DNA of 64,000 bases from Dictyostelium discoideum (taxonomy: Eukaryota). The notes beneath the pieces are model-generated. The model saw only the letters and a program-made list of their open reading frames with translations, was not told where the DNA came from and made no database searches. The translations under genes were made by a program, and so were the position numbers. The stretch spans positions 288,001 to 352,000 of the forward strand of contig CM000151.3 of the NCBI GenBank assembly GCA_000004695.1, written 5' to 3'. Positions 21,490 to 31,764 of this stretch are shown piece by piece. How positions within the stretch are numbered: the stretch's first letter is position 1; every line of letters begins with the position of its first letter.

Positions 21490-23472
21490 ATGTCAACAAA
21501 AAAAAAAATTAAAACAGATAATAATAATAAAATATTTCAAGATTTTATTGATTTTGAAATTTTAAGATCTTTAATCAATTATTTATTAATCAACAAAACA
21601 AATAATAATAATAATAATAATAATAAATATAAAATTAGTAAATTTTATTTACATAGAAATGAAATATTGAATTATATATTAGTTTCAAAAAAGTGGTATA
21701 ATTTTATATCATTAACAATATCAAATAATATTATTAATAATAAATCATTTGAACATTGGTTAAAAATTAATAATAATAATAATAATAAATCATTTACTAA
21801 AAATTATAATAATCAAAATCGATATGATAAAAATAATTTAATTTTTAATAACAAATATAGTAAAAATAAAATTGGTTTTAATAAAGAATTTTCAATTATA
21901 AAAATCAAAGAATCAATAATCAAAGATTATTTTAAATTCAATTTATTTTTAAGTAATATTACAATTGATGATTTTAAAGAAATTAAAAATAAATTTGAAA
22001 ATAATCAATTAGTTTATAATAGAATTGTTGTTGATATTAAAACTGGCTATTATGGTGAAGGGAATCAAGATGAAATTTTATTTAAAATACATGAATATGT
22101 ATCAAATGAAAATTCAGAAATCATATCAAATTTATTTAAAATATTAGAATTAAATCATGATTTTATGATAATCGATGACTTTCATCCAAAATCTAAAGAA
22201 GAGGATGAAGAGGATGAGGAGGATGATGAAAATGATAAAGGTAGTAAGAAATGTACTGAAATATATTTAAATAATTTATTGGTTTCCGGTTATGATCTAA
22301 CTATGGATGAGGATGAAGATAGAGAATCATTAAAGATATTCAAAATATTTAAAAGTAAAAATATATTTTATGATGGGTCTGGTATTGCTAGTGATATTCC
22401 AACACATGTCAATTATTCAGCATTGTTTGATCCTGATAATTCAGGTCAACAAGTTGAATCGATTAAAGTAAAAAATGAACTTGAAGATCCTGATTTTGTA
22501 GAACCACTCCATTTAATCAAAGTTAATCAATTTAAAAATTTACATTCAATTACAATACCAATTAATTCATTTCAAATATTATCAAACTTATCCGAAGAAA
22601 TGGGATATTTTAGTATCGATTGTTTTAAATCTGGTTTTGGTCTTTCAGATAATATGAAATCAGAATTAAATCAAATGATCAATTCATTCATTACAAGTAA
22701 ATCTTTAAAAAATTTAAAAATAACATCTATTAGTACAAAAGAAGATCCAATTGATTATGATGCTTATTATGATGAAGGTGATCTTCAAACTTTTATGAAT
22801 CAAATAAATGAACCTAAAGAATCATTTTCAAATTGTTTCAAACCATTATTTTCAGAATTAAATACATCAATTGAAAGAATTGAATTTGATTGTTGCGGTT
22901 TATTAAATATCAATACATTTTCAAATTTATTAAATAATAAATCAATTAAATATTTATATTTATATGATAGTGATTTCTTTTTTTCTTCATTAAAAACAAG
23001 TGATGGTGGTAGTGATGATTGTGGTATTGATGATGATGGTGGTAGTGATGATTGTGGTATTGATGATGATGGTGGTAGTGATGATTGTGATGCATATCAA
23101 AAAATTATTTCCATTAATCAATATCTATTTGAAAATATATTTTCATCACCATTAACATCAATTAGACATTACAGAATTAAATTCAAAGAATTAGATGAAT
23201 TAAAATTCATATTTAATTTAATATTAAATAATATTTTTAAATTACAATTATATTCATTAATATTTGAATTCAATGAAAACGAATTAGTTTATGAATTTGT
23301 TAAAGAATTTAAAAATTTAATAAATAATATTTCAATACAAGAACAACAACAACAACAACAAAAATCAAACAACATAAATTTAAAAGAAATTAAAATTATA
23401 ATAAATGATGACTGTTTAGAAGAATTAAATAATCCATATTTCAAAACAACAATAAAGAATAGCCCATATTAA
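21490..23472 (+). CDS. Paralog-array family member 5 (660 aa, intact); contains an internal 3x (DDCGIDDDGGSD) tandem expansion
   Basis: Intact ORF with the family motifs. A 39-nt unit is repeated three times at 22990-23100 inside the variable region that precedes the conserved ISINQYLF motif. Confidence 0.75.
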   Translation: MSTKKKIKTDNNNKIFQDFIDFEILRSLINYLLINKTNNNNNNNNKYKISKFYLHRNEILNYILVSKKWYNFISLTISNNIINNKSFEHWLKINNNNNNKSFTKNYNNQNRYDKNNLIFNNKYSKNKIGFNKEFSIIKIKESIIKDYFKFNLFLSNITIDDFKEIKNKFENNQLVYNRIVVDIKTGYYGEGNQDEILFKIHEYVSNENSEIISNLFKILELNHDFMIIDDFHPKSKEEDEEDEEDDENDKGSKKCTEIYLNNLLVSGYDLTMDEDEDRESLKIFKIFKSKNIFYDGSGIASDIPTHVNYSALFDPDNSGQQVESIKVKNELEDPDFVEPLHLIKVNQFKNLHSITIPINSFQILSNLSEEMGYFSIDCFKSGFGLSDNMKSELNQMINSFITSKSLKNLKITSISTKEDPIDYDAYYDEGDLQTFMNQINEPKESFSNCFKPLFSELNTSIERIEFDCCGLLNINTFSNLLNNKSIKYLYLYDSDFFFSSLKTSDGGSDDCGIDDDGGSDDCGIDDDGGSDDCDAYQKIISINQYLFENIFSSPLTSIRHYRIKFKELDELKFIFNLILNNIFKLQLYSLIFEFNENELVYEFVKEFKNLINNISIQEQQQQQQKSNNINLKEIKIIINDDCLEELNNPYFKTTIKNSPY

Positions 23473-23481
23473 CCATCAGTA

Positions 23482-23523
<42 letters not shown>

Positions 23524-23570
23524 AAACTTGTTTTCAAACATACTCTTTAATATTAACAAATAATGTCAAC

Positions 23571-23625
23571 AAATAAATTAAAAAACAGATAATAATAATA
23601 CAATATTTTAAAATTTAATTTTTTT
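23571..23625 (+). pseudogene. N-terminal stub of a family paralog truncated just left of the transposon TIR
   Basis: AACAAATAATGTCAACAAATAAATTAAAAAACAGATAATAATAATACAATATTTT matches leader + MSTNK.K.DNNN.IF, then is lost. The matching C-terminal stub (LNNIFKLQLYSLKFE) lies at 29095-29150 on the other side of the transposon. Confidence 0.45.
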
Positions 23626-23895
23626 TTTTTTTTTTTTATATAAATAAATAATTTACCTTTTGATTTGGAAATATAATTTATTTTATTTTGTTTGTTGTAG
23701 GGAATTTTCCATAAAATTTCACTACAGTAGCGTAGTGAATTTTATTATTTAATTTCACTACAGTAGCGTAGTGAAAAAAAAAAATCACTGACCTTAAATT
23801 TTTTTTTTTTTCAAAAAACAAATAAAGTTTATTAAATTGAAATTTTATTTTTTGTTTTAATTATTATTTTATTTATTTTTATTATAATTATTGTT

Positions 23896-23935
<40 letters not shown>

Positions 23936-24076
23936 CAATTTTTTTTTTTTAAATTTTTTTCAATTTTTATTTGTTTATTAAATTGTAATTTTATTTTTTG
24001 TTTTAATTATTATTTTATTTATTATTATTGTTAATTTTTTTTTTTTTTCAATTTTTTTTTTTTTAATTTATTTTTA

Positions 24077-24385
24077 TTAATTTATTTTTATTAACTCCCT
24101 GAGTTGTTCAATTGCTTGATTTACCATATCACTGTAAACACTGCACACAATTGAATTTTTTCTAGCTTTGTTACCTCTGGTGCATTTGATGTTTTTGCAT
24201 TTTCCTTTGTATACAAAAAAGTCCAAATATAATTCGTTTTCTATTACAGTTTTTACACAATGTTGGTGAAATTGTTTTGATTTTAATTCTAATGCTTCTA
24301 ACATCATATTTGGATTTTTAACGATTAAAGCATCACCACTATTTACATATAGTACTTTGGCTGCTTTTTCGAGGAATTTAGTCAA
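24077..24385 (-). CDS. Hypothetical ORF (102 aa) inside the Tdd-4-like element
   Basis: Open frame LEKAAKVLYVNSGDALIVKNPNMMLEALELKSKQFHQHCVKTVIENELYLDFFVYKGKCKNIKCTRGNKARK.... A possible short upstream exon at 24386-24480. No recognisable domain. Confidence 0.3.
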   Translation of the reverse strand: MTKFLEKAAKVLYVNSGDALIVKNPNMMLEALELKSKQFHQHCVKTVIENELYLDFFVYKGKCKNIKCTRGNKARKNSIVCSVYSDMVNQAIEQLRELIKIN

Positions 24386-24842
24386 ATTTTCCTCTGAATC
24401 TAACTATTCTTCATTGCCATATTCAATGGCTAAATTTCTTAAGAGTTTTATCGAATCTATTAATTCTTCGATCATTCTTTTTTTTTGAAATTTTTTTTTA
24501 TTTTGTTTTTTCAATTTTTTTTTTTTATTTTGTTTTTTCAATTTTTTTTAAGTTTTATTTTTTTTTATTTTTTTTTATTTTTTTTAACAAATGTAATTTT
24601 TTTTTATTTTTTTCAATTTTTTTTTTTTTTTAATTTTTAATTTTTTTTTTTTTTTTTAATTTTTTGTGTTGATTTGTGTTTTTTTTGTTTTTTTGATTTG
24701 GCCACTTGTTTTTATTTTCTAATTTCCCCATACCCCCTTCTATTAATTGCAACCAAATCAAGTTCTAATTTTTGTGTCCTTGTTAACTTTGTTTTTGCAA
24801 CTTTTTTTGAAGGTATCACATTAACGATTTTTCCTATTGATG

Positions 24843-25042
24843 GTGATTTGGAAGGTGATTTAAATGGTGATTTAAAAGGTGAATTGGAAGGTGATTTAAA
24901 TGGTGAATTGGAAGGTGAAATGGATGGTGATTTGGAAGGTGATTTAAATGGTGATTTGGAAGGTGATTTTAATGGTGATTTAAATGGTGAATTGGAAGGT
25001 GAAATGGATGGTGATTTGAGAGGTGATTTGGATGGTTTAGAA
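24843..25042. repeat. 15-bp tandem repeat (GGTGATTTRRAWGGT, about 13 units); possible subterminal transposase-binding repeats
   Basis: Direct tandem units in the DNA. Translates in the + frame to GDLEGDLNGDLKGELEG..., but more likely non-coding. Its reverse complement carries the AAATCACC motif that is also tandemly repeated inside the R elements. Confidence 0.5.
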
Positions 25043-26121
25043 TGTGATTTTAAAGGAGGTTTATTAACAATTGGTAGGACGGGAGGACGGCCTCTGAACA
25101 GTTGTTACTATACCACTATACCATTACCAGATTGTGGTATAGTATACGATGGTATTATTTGCACTTGAGGTAACTATTTCTTTTAATCTTTTAAATTCAT
25201 ATCCTTTCTCAAACAATTCATTAAATTTGGCGCTGTTAGATTATTATTTAAAAATGGGAGTATTTCTTCTTGTTCCATTTCATTATTGAGTTTGTGTTGA
25301 AATGGATTATCGTTAATGATAGGTGGAATATTTGATGGATTGTTAATAGCATCTTCCAAAACCCTAAATGGATCATTTTGTGTTACCAATTGATGCAAGT
25401 TGAAATTGGATAAATCCTTACCAAGATTTTTAATAAACTGAACCAAAAATTCAATAACTTTCCCATCATTATTTAAATAAAGACCAGAAGTAAAAGAATC
25501 AATATCTTTTTGTATGTTTGGCGATGTTCTAAAAATATCAACTGTTGATTGTTTATAAAGAACCAACTTGTTACCTCCTACAAAACCAGAGTATAAACCT
25601 TTTTTTTGAAGGCTATTGATTCCATCTTCCAAAAATTCAAGTTTATAAAGTTGTTTAGTGTCTTCCTGTATTACCTTATGAATTTTACACAAAATCAATA
25701 TTTTCTATTAGAATTAAATATAAAATTTGTTAATTATTACTGTTTCATATATTATTAATCTTTATGTTTTAATTACTTACATTATTTTTTTTAATTTCTA
25801 GAAAGAGTACAGTATCACCAACTTTCAATCCCTTTGGTGGTTTTGAATTCCATTGATTTTGGTAACTTGTGAGATTTTCAAGAATAATAGCTGTTCTTTC
25901 TTCTTTTGAAACATCTGAAACACCAATTGATTGAGAGTCTTGTTCTGATTGAACATTAATAAACAAAGGAACAATACCAACAGCTTGAGATGGTGTCATT
26001 TTAATTGTTCTTGTTTTTGTATTATTGTAATCATACAAAGCTTGTTTTAATAGTTCAGAAAGAGACCTAGAAGTACCATCAAGAAAACTAAAATTTATTT
26101 ATAAATGATTAATTAATAAAC

Positions 26122-26873
26122 ATCACAGCAAAGAAAAAACCACCTTTAAATTCGCTTTAAATTAAATTTAAATTTGCTTTAAAGTCCTGAATTAAAGCAA
26201 TTTTAAAGGTAATTTTTAAGGTTACTTTAAAATCACCTTAAAAATTACCTTTAAAATTACCTTTAAAATTACCTTTTTAATGGCTTTAAAAGCGAGGTCC
26301 TGAGTTCGAATCCGTTATTTAACGGATAAATTTTTTAAAATTTTTTTTTTAATTTTTCAAAAATTACCCAAAAGGGATTCGATCCCCCGACCCTCTATCA
26401 AAGGGTAGTCTCATCAACCATTACACCATTTGATTGCTTTGATGAAAAATTTAAAAATGATAGAATATTTTATCCCCATTTTTTTGTGCTAAAATTAGAT
26501 CTTTTTTATTAAAAATCTTAAATTTATGTTTAAAGGAAATTTAAATTCACTTTAAATCTACTTTTAATCTACTTTAAATCCTATTTAAAATTAATTTAAA
26601 ATAAATTTTAAAGGTATTTTTAAATATCTTAAAAATTATCTTAAAAATTACCTTAAAAATCACCTTTAAAATCACCTTTAAAATCACCTTTAAAATTGCT
26701 TAAAAATTTATTTTAAAGCAAATTTTAAAGGCATTTTTAAATATCTTAAAAATTACCTTAAAAATTACCTTAAAAATGAATTTTTTAAACGCGGCTTTAA
26801 ATTCAATTTAAATCCAATTTAAATCAACTTTTCTTTAAATTTGCTTTAAAGGTGCATTTTTCTTTGCTGTGAT
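26122..26873. mobile_element. R element copy 1 (about 750 bp, MITE-like) inserted in the transposase gene
   Basis: 12-bp terminal inverted repeat ATCACAGCAAAG / CTTTGCTGTGAT. Internal tandem AAATCACCTTT and AAATTACCTTT repeats. Internal tRNA-like segment with A-box and B-box. Flanked on both sides by AT. A second copy at 27678..28458 is more than 98% identical in the same orientation. An R-like fragment also lies inside a MITE at 35100-35200. Confidence 0.6.
26374..26437 (-). ncRNA. tRNA-like module inside R element (A-box TGGTGTAATGG, anticodon-arm-like ACCCT/TTGATAG/AGGGT, B-box GGATCGAATCC); lacks an acceptor stem, so a tRNA-derived / SINE-like promoter module
   Basis: The minus strand reads GCAATCAAATGGTGTAATGGTTGATGAGACTACCCTTTGATAGAGGGTCGGGGGATCGAATCCC. 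The T-arm and anticodon arm fold, but the 3' acceptor strand does not pair with the 5' end. An identical module lies in R2 at 27959..28022. Confidence 0.4.
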
Positions 26874-27677
26874 ATCGATAATTTATATTGTTCACAATAT
26901 CATACTCTTGTTGTTTTAATTTTGAGATCCTCTCCTTGATAGTTCGATTCAATCTTTCTACCATACCTTGAGTTGTTGGTGTACGAGGAGCTCCATGTGC
27001 TGACTTGGAGCCTGGAAAAAGTTTTAGGAATTCTTTTTGGACTTTGTTTTTAAATTCACGTCCATTATCGCAGTGCCATACTTTCACAGGTTTGCCAAAG
27101 TACGTGAGAGCCAAAAAATTGTATATGGGAACTGTTCTCTTTGTTGTCAAACATCTAAAAAATAAATGATAATTAAAATAAAAAAAGAAAACTAATAAAT
27201 TAATAAATAAAAAATAAATACCTTCCAGTAGCAAATTTTGTAAAAGAATCTATGCATAGAATAATGTAAACAACATCGGTGTCGTACGGTTGTACAGAGT
27301 CATATTGGATAAGATCATCTAGTTTAGTTAGTATCTTTTCATTATCATCATCGTATGTAACTTTTTCTTTATGTTCACCTTTAATTGATGTTAAATCATA
27401 AACCAATCTTGAGTATTCCTCGGTATCTACAATTGGAGCAAAATCCTTTGTTATACCTATTAATTTATTTAAATTATTAAAAGAGTTTTAATATAAAAGT
27501 TACAAAACATCATATAAAAATGATTGATACCAAACCTTTTATTCTATTTCGTTGGCAAATGTCACACGTATCTACTGCATCAGATACAAAAGAATACAAT
27601 CCCATATTATAATATTTAGTCTTGTAGTTCCCATAGGTTGCATCTCTTCCTATATGACCTTTATGCATTTCTTCCCA

Positions 27678-28458
27678 GAGTGATACCATCACAGCGAAGA
27701 AAAAACCACCTTTAAATTCGCTTTAAATTAAATTTAAATTTGCTTTAAAGTCCTGAATTAAAGCAATTTTAAAGGTAATTTTAAAGGTAATTTTTAAGGT
27801 TACTTTAAAATCACCTTATTTAATATTTATTTATAGGCTTATCATTTAAGCTGAAGGGTTATTTTAATGGCTTTAAAAGCGAGGTCCTGAGTTCGAAGCC
27901 GTTATTTAACGGATAAATTTTTTAAAATTTTTTTTTAATTTTTCAAAAATTACCAAAAGGGATTCGATCCCCCGACCCTCTATCAAAGGGTAGTCTCATC
28001 AACCATTACACCATTTGATTGCTTTGATGAAAAATTTAAAAATGATAGAATATTTTATCCCCATTTTTTTGTTCTAAAATTAGATCTTTTTTATTAAAAA
28101 CCTTAAATTTATGTTTAAAGGAAATTTAAATTCACTTTAAATCTACTTTAAATCTACTTTAAATCCTATTTAAAATTAATTTAAAATAAATTTTAAAGGT
28201 ATTTTTAAATATCTTAAAAATTATCTTAAAAATTACCTTAAAAATCACCTTTAAAATCACCTTTAAAATCACCTTTAAAATTGCTTAAAAATTTATTTTA
28301 AAGCAAATTTTAAAGGCATTTTTAAATATCTTAAAAATTACCTTAAAAATTACCTTAAAAATGAATTTTTTAAACGCGGCTTTAAATTCAATTTAAATCC
28401 AATTTAAATCAACTTTTCTTTAAATTTGCTTTAAAGGTGCATTTTTCTTTGCTGTGAT
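27678..28458. mobile_element. R element copy 2 (MITE-like) inserted in an exon of the transposase gene
   Basis: Same TIRs and internal structure as 26122..26873. Removing it plus one flanking AT dinucleotide joins ...EVCLEVINDYR to MVSLWEEMHKGHIGRD... in frame. Confidence 0.6.
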
Positions 28459-28743
28459 TCTATAATCATTAATTACTTCTAAACACACTTCTTTTGATAT
28501 ATTTCTATCTCCGCCACAATTCATGACTTTTTTTTCAATTCTAAATAATTTTTCTTTTCTGTTTCTGTTTTTTATTGGTCAGAATTTAAAAAATGATTGT
28601 GTTATTGTAAGGAAAAATATTTACTCATCATGTAAAAATTTATAATTTTTATGTTTAGTATTTTCAAAATTATTATCTTCAATAAATTTTAAATAATTTA
28701 TAATTTCATTTATTTTATCTTGTTTCATTTTGGGAAAATGAAA

Positions 28744-28778
<35 letters not shown>

Positions 28779-29313
28779 TGTTGGGGAAAAAAAAAAAAAG
28801 TTTTGGCGCAAAAAAAAAAAAAAAAATTAAATAAAAAAAAAAAAAAATTAAATAAAAAAAAAAAAAAATAAAAAAACTTATATAGAACTAATAATCAAAT
28901 AAAAGATAATAATTTAATAAACTTTATTTGTTTTTTGAAAAAAAAAAAATTTAGGGTCAGTGATTTTTTTTTTTCACTACGCTACTGTAGTGAAATTAAA
29001 TAATAAAATTCACTACGCTACTGTAGTGAAATTTTATTGAAAATTCCCTACAACATTGTTCGATGAAAATGAGAAGATTTTTTTTATCCCAGTTGTAGTG
29101 AAAAAATTAAATAATATTTTTAAATTACAATTATATTCATTAAAATTTGAAAAAAAATAATAAAAAAAAAAAAAAATTTTTGGCTTTTAAGATTTATGGA
29201 GAATTATCCATCAAAAAAAAAAAAAAAAAAAAAAGGTTAAAAAAAAAAAAAAGGTTAAAAAAAAAAAAAAAATTAAACTTTTTTTTAAAAACTTATTCTT
29301 AAAACAAATAAAA

Positions 29314-31125
29314 ATGTTAACAAATAAAAAAATTAAAACAGATAATAGTAATAAAATATTTTCAAATACTAATGATAATGAAATTTTAAGATCTTTAATC
29401 GATTATTTATTAATCAGCAAAAACAATAAAACAAATAATAATAATAATGCAAATCAATATAAAATTAAAAAAATTTTAATAAATAGAAATGAAATATTCA
29501 ATTATATATTAGTTTCAAAAAAGTGGTATAATTTTATATCATTAACAATATCAAATAATATTATTGATAATAAATCATTTGAACATTGGTTAGAAATTAA
29601 TTATACAAAAAAATCATATACTAAAAATAATAATAATCAAATTCAATATGATAAAAAGAAAATTAATTTTAATAAAAAGTTTTCAATTATAAAAATCCAA
29701 GAATCAATAATCAATGATTATTTTAAATTCAATTTATTTTTAGATAATTTTACAATTAATTATTTTAAAGAAATTAAAGATAAATATGAAAATAATCAAT
29801 TAGATTATAAAAGAATAGTTGTTAATCTTAAAACTAATTCTGGTGGTAATAAAAAAATTTTATTAAATATAAATGAATATGTATCAAATGAAAATTCAGA
29901 AATCATACCAAATCTATTTAAAATATTAGAATTAAATTCTGATTTTAAGTTGGACAAGTGCTATATTCCAATATCTGAAGGTACTGAAATATATTTAAAT
30001 AATTTATCGATTTCTGGTTATGAGGGTATAACATCGAAGATATTCCAAATTTTCAAAAGTAAAAAGATAATTTATGATGGGTCTTGTTGTCCAACAAATG
30101 TCAATTATTCAAAGATATTTGATCCAGATAATTCAGGCCAACAAGTTGAATCGATTAAAGTTAAAAATGAAAGTGGTAATAAACAGTTTGTTGAACCACA
30201 TCATTTAATTAAAGTTTACCAATTTGAAAATTTACATTCAATCACAATACCAATGGATTCATTTCAAATATTATCAGGCTTTTCTGAAAAAATGGGATTC
30301 AATAAATTTGATATGAATAATAAATATCCAGGTAATTCGAAAAATATGGAATCAGAATTAAATCAAATGATCAATTCATTCATTACAAGTGAATCTTTAA
30401 AGAATTTAAAAATATCATCAGTATGTTCACAATACGTTATTTTTAAAATGAATATTGATAAAATAAATCAAATTAAAGAATCAATTTCAAAATCATTTAA
30501 ACCATTATTTTCAGAATTAAATACATCAATTGAAAGAATTGAATTAGATTGTGGTGGTATATTAAATATCAATACATTTTCAAATTTATTAAATAATAAA
30601 TCAATTAAATATTTATATTTATATGATAGTGATTTTATTGTTTATTCATTTAAACAAACTGGTGGTGGAAGTTATTGTAGTATTAATCAATTTCTATTTG
30701 AAAATATATTTTCATCACCACAAACATCAATTAAACATTATGGATTTTGCTTCAAAAAATCAAATGAACTCGAATTAATATTTAATTTAATATTAAATAA
30801 TATTTTTAAATTACAACTATATTCATTAATATTTGTATTAAATAAAAACGAATTAATTGAGAAATTTGTTAAAGAATATGGAAAATTTATAAAAAAAATT
30901 TCAACACTAATACAAAAACCACAACAAGAACAACAAGAAAAACAAGAACAAGAACAACAACCACAGGAAATACAAAATTTAAATTTAAAAGAAATTAAAA
31001 TTAAAATTAAAATTAAAATAAAATTATTTTAAAATTAAATATAATCAATATTTTCAAGAATTAAAAAATTTAAAAAATCCATATTTCACAACAGTAATAG
31101 AGAAAACGGTTAATATTAATGGTTA
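29314..31125 (+). pseudogene. Paralog-array family member 6 (572-aa ORF 29314..31032 plus a frameshifted C-terminus); lacks the acidic variable insert
   Basis: Family motifs are present. After the stop at 31032 the NPYFTTVIEK C-terminal motif continues in another frame (31040-31125). Could be a real frameshift or a homopolymer sequencing error. Confidence 0.55.
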
Positions 31126-31764
31126 AAAAAATATAAAAATTATAACACTCAATCAAATACTAAAACAAAAAACTTTTCAATTAAAAATCAAAACAATCTT
31201 GATGCTGAATCAATTTTTAAACCAATTAAACATAAAATTCATTCAACAGGTAAACCAACTACCCATGCCGTACCATCAACCACAACTGCTCCATCAACTA
31301 CTGGTGCTGAATCATCAGCCCCTACTGGTTCATCAACTACTCTTGCTGTATTACCATCACCACTACTGTACCATCAACCACAACTGCTCCATCAACTACT
31401 GTTTCACAAACTACTCATGCTGTATTACCATCACCACTACTGGTTCATCAACCACCCATGCTACACCATCCACCACTAGTGACTAACCAACTACTCGTGC
31501 TGCACCATAATATATATAATAATAAATAAATAAATAAATAAATAAATAAAAAGAATAAATAAATAAAAAAAAGATAAAAATTAAAATTGAATACCATCTT
31601 TCAATATTTTTTTTTTTATTGGTATCATTCGTTTTAATATGGTATCATTCGTTTTATTGGTGTAAGACTAGAGAAATTATTAGGTGTAGTTGGTGAAAAT
31701 TCAACATTCCCAATTGAAAGTATGGCAATATCAAGAAATAATCATTATTTAGGTAGTATTTCTC

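Larger units (their letters stand above)
25183..28733 (-). pseudogene. Integrase-like transposase gene of the Tdd-4-like element: multi-exon, disrupted by two R-element insertions
   Basis: Exon pieces on the minus strand:
- 28640..28733 MKQDKINEIINYLKF...;
- 28459..28543 IEKKVMNCGGDRNISKEVCLEVINDYR, then the R2 element;
- 27510..27686 HHCC zinc finger (HKGHIGRDATY...CDICQRNRIKG);
- 27222..27406 first D (YIILCIDSFTKFATG);
- intron 27155..27221;
- 26874..27154 second D and the E (VWHCDNGREFKN...TPTTQGMVERLNRTIKE), then the R1 element;
- 25769..26100 TPSQAVGIVP...GLKVGDTVLFLE;
- 25183..25698 C-terminal ...KVIQEDTKQLYKLEFLEDG.
These are gypsy-type integrase hallmarks. Confidence 0.65.
23693..29055 (-). 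mobile_element. Tdd-4-like TIR DNA transposon (5.36 kb including two internal R-element insertions; about 3.8 kb without them) encoding a retroviral-integrase-like transposase
   Basis: About 100-bp near-perfect terminal inverted repeats (23693-23795 and 28931-29055). Outer termini TGTTGTAGGGAATTTT..., each containing the palindrome TTCACTACAGTAGCGTAGTGAA twice. A possible 5-bp target duplication TTGTT (23688-23692 / 29056-29060). Internal intron-containing gene with HHCC zinc-binding and D,D35E integrase core motifs. Confidence 0.7.

Noticed and set aside
24674-25168. 164-aa ORF encoding GDLEGDLNGDLKGELEG... repeats
   Set aside because: The frame follows the 15-bp DNA tandem repeat. It is better explained as non-coding subterminal repeats of the transposon than as a protein.
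26300-26345. Plus-strand GGTCCTGAGTTCGAATCCGTTATTTAACGG looked like a tRNA T-arm
   Set aside because: No stem partners for a T-stem or acceptor. Only the TTCGAATCC box and an unrelated CCGTT-ATTTA-AACGG hairpin. The minus-strand module is the better tRNA-like candidate.
26824-27234. N-terminal part of this ORF (MLLEGIYFLFINLLVFFFYFNYHLFFR)
   Set aside because: That stretch is an AT-rich intron (27155-27221) read through. Only the part from CLTTKRTVPIYNF onward is integrase exon. The 3' end of the ORF (YHSKEK) reads into the R1 TIR.
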